From positions 7,909 to 71,908 of the forward strand of contig JBMOJP010000003.1 in the NCBI GenBank assembly GCA_049315725.1: a DNA stretch of 64,000 nucleotides, given 5' to 3'. How positions within the stretch are numbered: the first letter of the stretch is position 1; each line of letters starts with the position of its first letter. Of this stretch, positions 55,692-64,000 are shown one piece after another. Below the pieces are notes generated by a model. The model did no database searches. It was given only the letters and a program-made list of their open reading frames with translations, and was not told the DNA's origin. A program made the position numbers and the translations under genes. Origin of the DNA: Chthoniobacterales bacterium. Its GTDB lineage: Bacteria; Verrucomicrobiota; Verrucomicrobiia; Chthoniobacterales; JACTMZ01.

Positions 55692-57397
55692 AATCCGGCG
55701 TCGGTCACCGCGCCCTGCGAGGCGGTGCTCACGTGGGCGGCGTATTTGGCCAGCACTCCGCGGCGGTAACGAGGGGTCGGTTTCTTCCAGAGGGACCGAC
55801 GCTTTTTCAACTCGGCCGCCGGCACGTCGAGCGTGAGGGCATGCTTGACCGCGTCAATCTCGATCGGGTCCCCGTTGCGAACCAAGGCCAGCGGGCCTCC
55901 CTCGAAGGCCTCGGGTGTGATGTGCCCGACCACGAACCCGTGCGTGCCGCCGGAGAAACGGCCATCCGTGATAAGGGCCACGTCTTGGCCGAGGCCTTTG
56001 CCCATGACGGCGGACGTCGGAGCCAGCATCTCGCGCATGCCCGGGCCGCCCTTCGGACCCTCGTAGCGGATGACCACGACATCGCCTTTCTTAACCTTAC
56101 CGTCGAGGATGGCGGTCAGGGCTTTTTCTTCGGATTCGAAAACGCGGGCCACTCCGCGGAATTTCTCGCCTTCCTTGCCGGAAATTTTGGCCACCGCTCC
56201 GCCCGGCGCGAGGTTGCCATAAAGAATGACCAGGTGGCTGGACTTTTTGACGGGATCCTTGAGGGGACGAATGATTTGCTGGCCCTTCGGGTAGCCTTTG
56301 AAGGCCGCGAGGTTTTGCTTGAGCGTTTTTCCCGTGACCGTGAGGCAATCACCATGCAACAGGCCGGCGCGCAGGAGTTCTTTCATCATGGGCACGATGC
56401 CGCCGATGGCCACGAGGTCCGACATGAGAAATTTTCCGCTTGGCTTGAGGTCCGCGAGGACAGGCACGCGTTGGCCGATCTTGGTGAAGTCGTCGATGGA
56501 GAGTTTCACGTTGCAGGCATGGGCCATGGCGAGCATGTGCAGCACCGCATTGGTCGAACCGCCGAGGGCAATGATCACCGTGATGGCATTCTCGAAGGCC
56601 TCGCGGGTCATGATGTCCAAGGGCAGGATGCCGCGCTTGAGCAATCCGAGCACCGCCGCGCCGGCTGCCCGTGCGTCCTCTTTCTTGTGGGAGGAGACTG
56701 CCGCCTGGGCCGAACTGTTGGGCAGGCTCATGCCCATGGCCTCGATGGCCGAGGCCATCGTGTTGGCTGTATACATGCCGCCGCACGAACCCGCGCCGGG
56801 AATGGCGCAGGCCTCGATTTTTTGCAGTTCGCGGTCGTTGATCTTGTTTGCCGCGCGCTGACCGACAGCCTCGAAGACCGAAACGATATCGAGGTTCCGG
56901 CCGTTCAGGCAGCCGGGCAGGATGGTCCCGCCGTAGACAAAGACGGACGGACGGTTGAGCCGGGCAATGGCCAGCATGCAGCCTGGCATGTTTTTGTCGC
57001 AGCCACCGAGCGCGACGAATCCATCAAAGCCCTCACAGCCCACCACCGTCTCAATCGAATCCGCGATGACCTCCCGCGAGACGAGGGAATACTTCATGCC
57101 TTCCGTGCCCATGGAGATGCCGTCGGAAATCGTGATGGTGTTGAAAATCGTCGCCTTGCCCCCGGCTTGGTTGACTCCGCCGGCGGCCTCCCGGGCCAGG
57201 GCATCCAGGTGCATGTTGCACGGTGTGACCATGCTCCAGGTCGAGGCGATGCCGATCTGCGGCTTGGCAAAATCCTTCTCCTGGTAGCCGACCGCATACA
57301 GCATGGCGCGGCTGGGGGCGCGCTCCGGCCCGTCGAGCACGCTGGAGGAATAACGTCGGATGTTTGGTGTCTTGGCTTGGGTGGATTTTTTGCTCAC
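55688..57397 (-). CDS. ilvD: Dihydroxy-acid dehydratase
   Basis: [34 protein letters not shown]. Confidence 0.97.
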   Translation of the reverse strand: MSKKSTQAKTPNIRRYSSSVLDGPERAPSRAMLYAVGYQEKDFAKPQIGIASTWSMVTPCNMHLDALAREAAGGVNQAGGKATIFNTITISDGISMGTEGMKYSLVSREVIADSIETVVGCEGFDGFVALGGCDKNMPGCMLAIARLNRPSVFVYGGTILPGCLNGRNLDIVSVFEAVGQRAANKINDRELQKIEACAIPGAGSCGGMYTANTMASAIEAMGMSLPNSSAQAAVSSHKKEDARAAGAAVLGLLKRGILPLDIMTREAFENAITVIIALGGSTNAVLHMLAMAHACNVKLSIDDFTKIGQRVPVLADLKPSGKFLMSDLVAIGGIVPMMKELLRAGLLHGDCLTVTGKTLKQNLAAFKGYPKGQQIIRPLKDPVKKSSHLVILYGNLAPGGAVAKISGKEGEKFRGVARVFESEEKALTAILDGKVKKGDVVVIRYEGPKGGPGMREMLAPTSAVMGKGLGQDVALITDGRFSGGTHGFVVGHITPEAFEGGPLALVRNGDPIEIDAVKHALTLDVPAAELKKRRSLWKKPTPRYRRGVLAKYAAHVSTASQGAVTDAGL

Positions 57398-57471
57398 GCC
57401 ATGGATTGTAACGGGCGACGCGCAGCACGTTAAGTCGAAAGCACCAAAAGGTTCTCCCCTCCGCCGGTAGT

Positions 57472-57496
57472 GCCCGCTGGCTCAGCGGGCCGCTGC
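57472..57496. repeat. Short palindromic element, copy 2 (GCCCGCTGGCTCAGCGGGCCGCTGC)
   Basis: Matches 9874..9899 except for a 1-nt loop deletion. Lies 8 nt beyond the stop of minus-strand gene 57504..59462. Confidence 0.6.
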
Positions 57497-57503
57497 TCCG
57501 CAC

Positions 57504-59462
57504 TCAATCCGCGTTTGGCGAGGACTCAATGCGGGCCATCTCCTCCTGCAGTTCCGCCCGCTGTTGGGCTGTCAGGCCCGGTCCCGCCGAGGCCTCCGCC
57601 AAGGCGCGCAACGCTGGCCGCGTCAGGCCCTGCTTGGCGTAGGACTGGCCGAGGTAGAGTTGATAAAATGACGGATCCCCGCCGCGACCGTGCGTCAGGG
57701 AGATGAGGCGCTCAAGAATCTCAGCCTCGCTTTGGAACGCGCGGGCCGCATTGGCCGTGCGGGCCGCGAGCCAAAGCGTGCCGGCATCGCCCGGGGACAA
57801 GTCCGCCGCTCGCCGGCCCGCCGCGTAGGCTTCATCAACCGAACCGGCATGCAGCAAAATCTCGGCCCGCACCTCCCAGGCGTAGGCAAGGCCCGGATCC
57901 AGACGGATCGCGTTCTCGCTCGCGGCCAGGGCGGCGCGAACATCGCCGACCGAAACCAACACCCGCGCGCGGGTCGCTGCGACGGGGGAGGAACGGTCGG
58001 AATTCCGCACGGCGGATTGCGCCAGCTCGTCCGCCTCGGGCAGCGCGTTCGCCGCCAAAGCACTGAGGGCGCAGCCGCCCAAAAAACTGGAACGATTGGC
58101 CGCCCCCCACATCCCGCGGGCCATCTGCTGCGCCGGCTCGGTCGCGAATTCTTCGCTCCGCTTTTCCCGGATAAAAAACACCCCGGTTGCATCCACGGCC
58201 GCGAGCCGCCAGTCCGCCGACTCGCCGAGATGCCGGGCCAGCGGGGCGTAGTCGGCTTTGTCTCCCAACAGCCAGACCCCGCGGTAACGCACCTCGCGGT
58301 CACGCGCGCGCCACAGGGACGGCTCGCGGGCCATGCGGGCCGAATCACCGGAATCCACCCCGGACGGCAACGCCCCGGCAAATCGTGCCAGGGCCAGGCC
58401 GCCCGGATTGAGATAGATCGGCCCGTCGATGTCGAGCGCCTCGCGGGTCAGGGTTGGTTGCACCACGGCCTCGGTCATGGCCAGGGAATACCACCGCGGC
58501 AACGCCGTCGAACCAGCCCAGATGACCAGCCCGATCATGGAGAGCAGGAGGGCCGTTTGCATCCACCAACGCAGGTTGAACCCGCTCAGACGCAACTGTT
58601 CCTTGGCCGCGTCCCAGCAAGGGATCATCCACAACGCCGCCGGCCAGAGGTAGGCCGCCTGTCCCCGCGTCGCGCAGAGCAGCAGGAACGCCGGAGCCAG
58701 CGCCAGCCCAACTGATCCGGTTTTCCACGTCGCCCGGAGGGCAATCCCGAGCACAAACAAACTGACGAGGAGCCCGATGAGCGGGGCCGGTTCGAGGAGC
58801 GGTTGGGGCGACCAGCCAAGAAAAACCGCAGCCTCGGACCAGATCGCAAGCCCGCGTGGAGTCAGATGGCACGCCACCGCGCAGAGGGCCGCCGTGCCCA
58901 GCCAGGCCTTGCCTGGCATCCGCGTCGACTCGACCAACAGCACCGCGATAACCAGCGGGAGCGCCCCGGGCGAGAGCCACACCGCCACCCACGAGGCCAC
59001 AGCAAGACGAACGATTTGCCGCCTCGAATCCGCAGCCACCGGCCAGCGGCTTGCGCAGGAAAGAACCAGCACGGCCATGCCGAAGCCCGCCAGTCCGGAT
59101 GACGAATGCGAGAGCAACACCGCGATCAAGGCCGGAACCAGTGCCGCCAAGCCCCGCCATGATCGCGCCGGCAACGGAACCAGCCAGCAAAGCATCGTCA
59201 GCCAGGCCACCACCACATGGACGTTCTGCCATCCGCGTGAACCCGCCAGCCAGAATGGCACTTGCGCGCCGGTGGCCGCAAGGGTGAGGGGACACCACCA
59301 GGACGGTCCCGTCAGTTTCCAGGCCCCGACCATCGCCGCCGTGTCCAGACCGAGTTGGTCCGGCCCGCGCAAGGCGACCAGCCCGGCCAGCACCGCAGCG
59401 GCGGAGACCACCACAGCAACAACCCGCCGCCATCCTCCTCGATCTTCAGCCGTCCTCAACAT
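57504..59462 (-). CDS. Polytopic membrane protein with C-terminal TPR domain
   Basis: About 10 hydrophobic segments in aa 1-330, then a soluble region ending in TPR-like repeats (AYAWEVRAEILLHAGSVDEAYAAGRRAADLSP...). Confidence 0.65.
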   Translation of the reverse strand: MLRTAEDRGGWRRVVAVVVSAAAVLAGLVALRGPDQLGLDTAAMVGAWKLTGPSWWCPLTLAATGAQVPFWLAGSRGWQNVHVVVAWLTMLCWLVPLPARSWRGLAALVPALIAVLLSHSSSGLAGFGMAVLVLSCASRWPVAADSRRQIVRLAVASWVAVWLSPGALPLVIAVLLVESTRMPGKAWLGTAALCAVACHLTPRGLAIWSEAAVFLGWSPQPLLEPAPLIGLLVSLFVLGIALRATWKTGSVGLALAPAFLLLCATRGQAAYLWPAALWMIPCWDAAKEQLRLSGFNLRWWMQTALLLSMIGLVIWAGSTALPRWYSLAMTEAVVQPTLTREALDIDGPIYLNPGGLALARFAGALPSGVDSGDSARMAREPSLWRARDREVRYRGVWLLGDKADYAPLARHLGESADWRLAAVDATGVFFIREKRSEEFATEPAQQMARGMWGAANRSSFLGGCALSALAANALPEADELAQSAVRNSDRSSPVAATRARVLVSVGDVRAALAASENAIRLDPGLAYAWEVRAEILLHAGSVDEAYAAGRRAADLSPGDAGTLWLAARTANAARAFQSEAEILERLISLTHGRGGDPSFYQLYLGQSYAKQGLTRPALRALAEASAGPGLTAQQRAELQEEMARIESSPNAD

Positions 59463-59541
59463 GCGTCCGCATGATTCTGGCGTCGGAGGCGGATGGCAAG
59501 TGTCGCTTGTGCCGCGCGCCGAACGTGCTTAAGTCTGGTCC

Positions 59542-60060
59542 ATGAAGAAAATTGCCGTCACGCTCCTTGCCATGCTTTCGTTTCTCGGTCTGACCCGCCC
59601 CGCCGCCGCCCTTGCCGTGGGGGACGAGGCCCCGAAGGTTTCGGCTCCCGACCAGAATGGCGCGGCCTTTTCCCTGGCTGACGCCTACGCCAAAGGCCCG
59701 ACGCTCGTTTACTTTTATCCCAAAGCCGACACGCCCGGCTGCACTGCCCAGGCCTGTTCCCTCCGCGATGCCTTCCCCGAGTTCACCGGCGAAGGCGTGC
59801 AGATCATCGGTGTCAGCGGTGACTCGGTCGAGGGGCAGAAGAAATTCGCCGACAAATACAAACTCCCCTTCACCCTCCTGGCCGATCCGGAATCCGTCGT
59901 GGCCAAGGCGTTCGGCGTGCCGACCATGATGGGCTTCGCCAAGCGTCAGTCTTTCATCATCAAGGATGGAAAGATCGCCTGGATCGTGGAGAGCGCGAAG
60001 ACCGGTGACCATGCCGCCGAGGTCCAGGCGGCCCTGCGTGAACTCGGCTTGGTCAAGTAA
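59542..60060 (+). CDS. bcp: Thiol peroxidase / peroxiredoxin Bcp with signal peptide
   Basis: YFYPKADTPGCTAQAC peroxidatic Cys motif. N-terminal signal sequence. Confidence 0.9.
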   Translation: MKKIAVTLLAMLSFLGLTRPAAALAVGDEAPKVSAPDQNGAAFSLADAYAKGPTLVYFYPKADTPGCTAQACSLRDAFPEFTGEGVQIIGVSGDSVEGQKKFADKYKLPFTLLADPESVVAKAFGVPTMMGFAKRQSFIIKDGKIAWIVESAKTGDHAAEVQAALRELGLVK

Positions 60061-60077
60061 TCCTGCGGCGGGACCGC

Positions 60078-61493
60078 TCAGCGGTCGTAAAATCCGAAAA
60101 ATTTCCGCGCGTTTCCATAGCAGACATGGCGCACCATCGAGCCTACGAGTTCCTCGTCATCGGGGAGCAGTCCGCGGCGCATGTCGTTTCCGAGGATGTT
60201 GCAGAGGAGGCGGCGGAAATATTCGTGGCGGGGGTAGGAGATAAAGGATCGGCTGTCGGTCAGCATGCCGACAAACTGGCTGAGCAGGCCCAGCTGGGAG
60301 AGGGCTTCGATCTGGCGGGTCATGCCGTCGAGCTGGTCGCCGAACCACCAGGCGCTGCCCAATTGGATTTTCCCGGCCGTCGCTCCGTCCTGAAAATTTC
60401 CCGCCATGGTGGCCACGATCTCGTTGTCCCGCGGATTCAAATTGTAGAGGATGGTCTTGGGGAGCTGTCCGGTCGAATCGAGTCGGTCGAAATGCCGGGC
60501 CAATCCAGAGGCGATCGGCCAGTCGCCGATCGAGTCAAATCCGGTATCCGGACCGATCCGTTTGAGCATGCGCGTGTTGGCACTGCGCAGGGCGCCGAAA
60601 TGGATCTGCATGGTCCAGCCCTTGGCCGCGTCCATCGCGGCGAGTTCATGGAGCAGGAAGGATTTGTAGCGGATGGCTTCATCAGGTGAAACAGTCTGGC
60701 CGGCCCGCGCCTTGGCGAAAATCGCCGCAGCTTCCGACCGGGTGCAATCCTCCGCCCACACGGTATCGACCCCGCGGTCGGACAGACGGCAGCCGTTGTC
60801 GGCGAAAAAGTCGTGGCGTTTCTGCAGGGCGGAGAACAAATCGTCGAGCGTGGTGATGTCCTGCCCGGCGGCCGCTTCCAGGGCGGACAGCCATGGGCCG
60901 AAGACTTGCGGCTTGTCCGCCGCCAAGGCTTTATCCGGTCTCCAGGTCGGGCGCACCTGAATGCCGAATGACTGATCGGCCGCGATGGTGCGGTGATGTT
61001 CGAGCGAGTCCGCCGGGTCGTCCGTGGTGCAGACCACTTCGACCCGCGAGCGCTGCATGAGCGACCGGCAGGAAAACTCCGGCGTGGCCAGCAGGCGGTT
61101 GCAGTGCTCGAAAATGTCCTTCGCCGTGGACGGCGAGAGGAGTCGGTCGGTCACATCGAAATAGCGGGCCAGCTCGAGATGTGACCAATGGTAAAGCGGA
61201 TTGCGGAGGAGCTTTGGCATGGTCTCCACATACTTTTCGAATTTTTCCCACGGCGCGGCCTCGCCGGTGATGAACTTTTCCTCCACCCCGGCCCAGCGCA
61301 TGGCCCGCCACTTGTAGTGGTCTCCGCCGAGCCACAGCGCGGCCATGTCCGGCCAGGAAATGTTGTCCGCGATTTCCTTGGGCGGGAGATGGCAGTGGTA
61401 ATCAATGATGGGCTGATCCGCCGCGTGTCCGTGGTAAAGCCGGCGGGCCTGCTCCGTCTCGAGCAAAAAGTCATCATGGATGAATGAGGGCAT
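60078..61493 (-). CDS. uxaC: Glucuronate isomerase
   Basis: FLLETEQARRLYH, IIDYHCHL, HFGALR. Confidence 0.95.
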   Translation of the reverse strand: MPSFIHDDFLLETEQARRLYHGHAADQPIIDYHCHLPPKEIADNISWPDMAALWLGGDHYKWRAMRWAGVEEKFITGEAAPWEKFEKYVETMPKLLRNPLYHWSHLELARYFDVTDRLLSPSTAKDIFEHCNRLLATPEFSCRSLMQRSRVEVVCTTDDPADSLEHHRTIAADQSFGIQVRPTWRPDKALAADKPQVFGPWLSALEAAAGQDITTLDDLFSALQKRHDFFADNGCRLSDRGVDTVWAEDCTRSEAAAIFAKARAGQTVSPDEAIRYKSFLLHELAAMDAAKGWTMQIHFGALRSANTRMLKRIGPDTGFDSIGDWPIASGLARHFDRLDSTGQLPKTILYNLNPRDNEIVATMAGNFQDGATAGKIQLGSAWWFGDQLDGMTRQIEALSQLGLLSQFVGMLTDSRSFISYPRHEYFRRLLCNILGNDMRRGLLPDDEELVGSMVRHVCYGNARKFFGFYDR

Positions 61494-61496
61494 GGG

Positions 61497-62267
61497 TCAG
61501 ATCGACATGGCCGCGAAGCCACCGTCGACGATGATTTCCGTCCCGGTGATGAAGCTGCCCGCGTCCGAGGCGAGGAGGAGGGTCGCGCCGACCAGTTCAG
61601 GCGCTTCGCCGAAGCGGTTCATTGGCGTATGTCCCATGATCGAGGCGACGCGGTCGGGCGTCAGGACTTTGCGGTTCTGTTCGGCGGGGAAAAACCCGGG
61701 GACCAGCGTGTTGACCCGCACGCCTTGGGTGGCCCATTCGCGGGCCAGGTTCTTTGAAAGGTTGTGCACGGCGGCCTTGGTCGCCGAGTAGGTGAAGACG
61801 CGGGAGAGGGGAATGACGCCCGACATGGATCCGAGATTGATGATGCTGCCCTGCTTGGCGGCGAGCAGGCGCGGGCCGAAGACTTGGCAGGCGACCATGA
61901 CGCTCTTGAGATTGATGCCGATGATGCGGTCCATTTCTTCCTCGGTGATTTGGAGAAATGGCGTCGGGCTGTTGACCCCGGCACCGTTGACGAGGACATC
62001 CACCCGCCTGGCCTTGGCGTAGACACGGTCGGCGAGGGCTTCAAGTTCCGCCCGCGAGGTCACTTCGCAAGGCTCAAACCACGCGGATCCACCCGCGGCA
62101 GCAATGGCGTCGAGGCGTTTGCGGGCTTTGGCTTCGTCGCGGCCGACCAGCACAACCTGCGCTCCGGCCGCGGCCAGGCCCTCGGCCATGGCACCGCAAA
62201 GTTCGCCGGTGCCGCCGATGACCACGGCGGTGCGGCCGGCGAGGGAAAAGAGTTCCTGGATTTTCAT
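61497..62267 (-). CDS. Short-chain dehydrogenase/reductase (mannonate/gluconate oxidoreductase-like)
   Basis: [13 protein letters not shown] (TGxxxGxG), [12 protein letters not shown] (YxxxK). ATG 62267 lies within track ORF 61497..62522. Confidence 0.85.
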   Translation of the reverse strand: MKIQELFSLAGRTAVVIGGTGELCGAMAEGLAAAGAQVVLVGRDEAKARKRLDAIAAAGGSAWFEPCEVTSRAELEALADRVYAKARRVDVLVNGAGVNSPTPFLQITEEEMDRIIGINLKSVMVACQVFGPRLLAAKQGSIINLGSMSGVIPLSRVFTYSATKAAVHNLSKNLAREWATQGVRVNTLVPGFFPAEQNRKVLTPDRVASIMGHTPMNRFGEAPELVGATLLLASDAGSFITGTEIIVDGGFAAMSI

Positions 62268-62274
62268 GGGACGA

Positions 62275-63372
62275 TCAGCGCACGACGCGGGCTCCGCCGC
62301 CGCCCATGAGCTTCTCGACCTCCTTGCGCGTGACCATCGAGGTGTCTCCGGGCGTGGTCGAGGCGAGGGCGCCGTGGGCTGCGCCGTATTCGACGGCAGC
62401 CTGCGGGTCGTTCTGGGAAAGAAAGCCGAAGGCCAGACCGCTGGCGAAGCTGTCGCCGCCGCCGACGCGGTCGAGGATTTCCAGTTCCGGATACTTGCGC
62501 GACTCGTGGAACTTGCCGTCATGCCAGAGGATGGCGGCCCAGTCGTTCTTCGTCGCGGTGATGACGCGGCGCAGCGTGGTCGCGGCGACTTTGAAGTTCG
62601 GATACTCCTTCACCGCAGTTTCGATCATGGCCTTGAAGGCGTCGGTTTCAATTTTCGAAATGTTGTGATCAACACCCTCGACCTCGAAGCCAAGCGAGGC
62701 GGTGAAGTCCTCCTCGTTGCCGATCATGACGTCGACGTAGTTCGCGATCTCGCGGTTGACCTCGCGGGCTTTGGCTTGTCCGCCGATGGATTTCCAGAGC
62801 GAGGGTCGGTAGTTGAGGTCGTAGCTGACGATGGTGCCGTGTTTTTTCGCCGCCTGCACAGCCTCGATGGTCAGGGCGGCGGTGCTTTCCGAGAGTGCGG
62901 CAAAGATGCCGCCGGTGTGGAACCAACGGACGCCGAGCTGGCCGAAGAGATGGTCCCAGTCGAAGTCGCCGGGTTTCAATTGCGACGCTGCCGTGTGACC
63001 CCGGTCGGGGACACCGACGGCCCCGCGCACGCCGAAGCCGCGCTCGGTGAAGTTGAGGCCGTTGCGGACCGACCGGCCGATGCCGTCATCCTCGCGCCAT
63101 TTGATGAACCCCGTCTCCACGCCGCCCTGCATGATGAAATCCTCGACGAGGCGACCGACCTCATTGTCGACGAGCGCGGTGCAAACAGCGGTGCGCAGGC
63201 CGAAACATTTGCGCAGGCCGCGCGAGGTGTTGTATTCGCCGCCACCTTCCCATGCGGTGAACGAGCGGGCGGTGCGCACGCGGCCCTCGCCGGGGTCGAG
63301 ACGAAGCATGACTTCACCAAGGGAAATCTGGGCGTAATGACAAGTGGATGGATCGCGTAGTGGTAGGGACAT
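62275..63372 (-). CDS. kdgK: 2-dehydro-3-deoxygluconokinase (PfkB family)
   Basis: [31 protein letters not shown] 63372 lies within track ORF 62275..63657. Confidence 0.85.
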   Translation of the reverse strand: MSLPLRDPSTCHYAQISLGEVMLRLDPGEGRVRTARSFTAWEGGGEYNTSRGLRKCFGLRTAVCTALVDNEVGRLVEDFIMQGGVETGFIKWREDDGIGRSVRNGLNFTERGFGVRGAVGVPDRGHTAASQLKPGDFDWDHLFGQLGVRWFHTGGIFAALSESTAALTIEAVQAAKKHGTIVSYDLNYRPSLWKSIGGQAKAREVNREIANYVDVMIGNEEDFTASLGFEVEGVDHNISKIETDAFKAMIETAVKEYPNFKVAATTLRRVITATKNDWAAILWHDGKFHESRKYPELEILDRVGGGDSFASGLAFGFLSQNDPQAAVEYGAAHGALASTTPGDTSMVTRKEVEKLMGGGGARVVR

Positions 63373-63386
63373 GTTGGTGGGTTGGG

Positions 63387-64000
63387 TTAAATTGTGACCG
63401 TGGCAAAATCTTCCGGCTTCCACGGCGGGAGGCCGAGTTCTTCCGTGAGATGGGCGAAGCCCTCGATCTCCGCCTTGGTGAAAAGCAGTCCGCCGTGCTC
63501 GTCCGTGAGCTTGGCGGCTTGGGCCTCGAGTTGTCCGGGCAGCAGGCAGGCTTCGTTGCCGGGGCCGAGAATATCGTCGAGGCAGGCGCGGACATTGCCG
63601 GCTTGATCGCGTCCGAGCGCGTAGTCGTGTCCCCTTAGCGCTTCGGGATGGATGCATTGGAAGAAAAAGGTCGAGCCGCGCTTTTCCCCGGCCGGCCCCT
63701 TGGCTGTGCCGCGCAGGGAGGGCAGCGATCCGCCGGTGTAGGCGGCGTAAAGCTCGTCGATCAGCCCAAGCCCGTAGCCCTTGTGGGCCCCGAAGGGCAG
63801 CAGGGCCACCGCTTTGTTCGGATCAATCGTCGGCTTTCCGTCCGCATCGACGGCCCAGCCCGGCCCGAGTTCCTTGCCCTCGCGGGCGAATTGCTGCACG
63901 CGGCCCATGGCCACGGTCGAGGTGGCCCAATCAATGACGACGGGAAAGCCCACGGCCGCCTGGGTCGGGAAACCCCACGAATGCGGGTTCGTTCCCATCG
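63387..64000 (-). CDS. Ldh_2-family (malate/L-lactate dehydrogenase type 2) oxidoreductase; 5' end outside window
   Basis: NPHSWGFP, TSTVAMGRV, LPFGAHKGYGLGL. The ORF runs off the window edge. Confidence 0.75.
   Translation of the reverse strand, partial: MGTNPHSWGFPTQAAVGFPVVIDWATSTVAMGRVQQFAREGKELGPGWAVDADGKPTIDPNKAVALLPFGAHKGYGLGLIDELYAAYTGGSLPSLRGTAKGPAGEKRGSTFFFQCIHPEALRGHDYALGRDQAGNVRACLDDILGPGNEACLLPGQLEAQAAKLTDEHGGLLFTKAEIEGFAHLTEELGLPPWKPEDFATVTI

Noticed and set aside
60072-60086. GACCGC-TCA-GCGGTC hairpin between bcp and uxaC as a bidirectional terminator.
   Set aside because: It has only a 6-bp stem with a 3-nt loop and no T-tract on either strand, and the loop is the uxaC stop codon itself. 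The support is too weak.
1-64000. Search by eye for CRISPR arrays, rRNA, complete tRNAs, IS elements, integrases or phage genes.
   Set aside because: No regularly spaced direct repeats, no transposase/integrase/recombinase-like translations and no rRNA-like stretches were seen. The intergenic regions are all shorter than about 200 nt.

Overview
High-GC (by eye roughly 60-65%) bacterial chromosomal window, densely coding on both strands. No BLAST or HMM search was possible, so every family call rests on motifs read from the supplied translations. Gene content (sigma-54, an exosortase-associated TIGR04073-like protein, a eukaryote-type UGPase, giant Ig-repeat secreted proteins) suggests a Verrucomicrobia/PVC-like organism, but that is only a guess. 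About 55 CDS are well supported and mostly housekeeping: a methylmalonyl-CoA carboxyltransferase/mutase cluster, recF, hisS-aspS, rpiA, fur-argH-NUDIX-tatC, rpoA-rplQ, ruvA, holA-uvrB, panB-folK, ctp-tsaD, rpoN-mrp, pyrR-pyrB-pyrC-tgt, pfk, ilvD, bcp and a hexuronate cluster (uxaC, SDR, kdgK, Ldh_2). I found no rRNA, complete tRNA, CRISPR array, transposase, integrase or prophage genes. Most of the long R/G/L/P-rich ORFs in the track are antisense shadow ORFs. No clearly novel system stands out; the candidates most worth follow-up are these. (1) A 1,665-aa secreted protein with a Serratia-type nuclease head and unclassified repeats. (2) A FecR-domain protein plus CHASE2 adenylate cyclase pair behind a sigma-54-like promoter. 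(3) A ~3-kb islet of two divergent operons, each ending in a PIN-like toxin (Phd-VapC and DUF433-DUF5615), that encloses a secreted OB-fold/esterase fusion, a possible unannotated 73-aa ORF and a small membrane protein. (4) ruvA translationally coupled to an ATP-grasp-like unknown instead of ruvB. (5) A membrane PAS/GAF-like sensor with no output domain. (6) Two decayed gene remnants with in-frame TGA codons. (7) A short palindromic element present twice, 47 kb apart.
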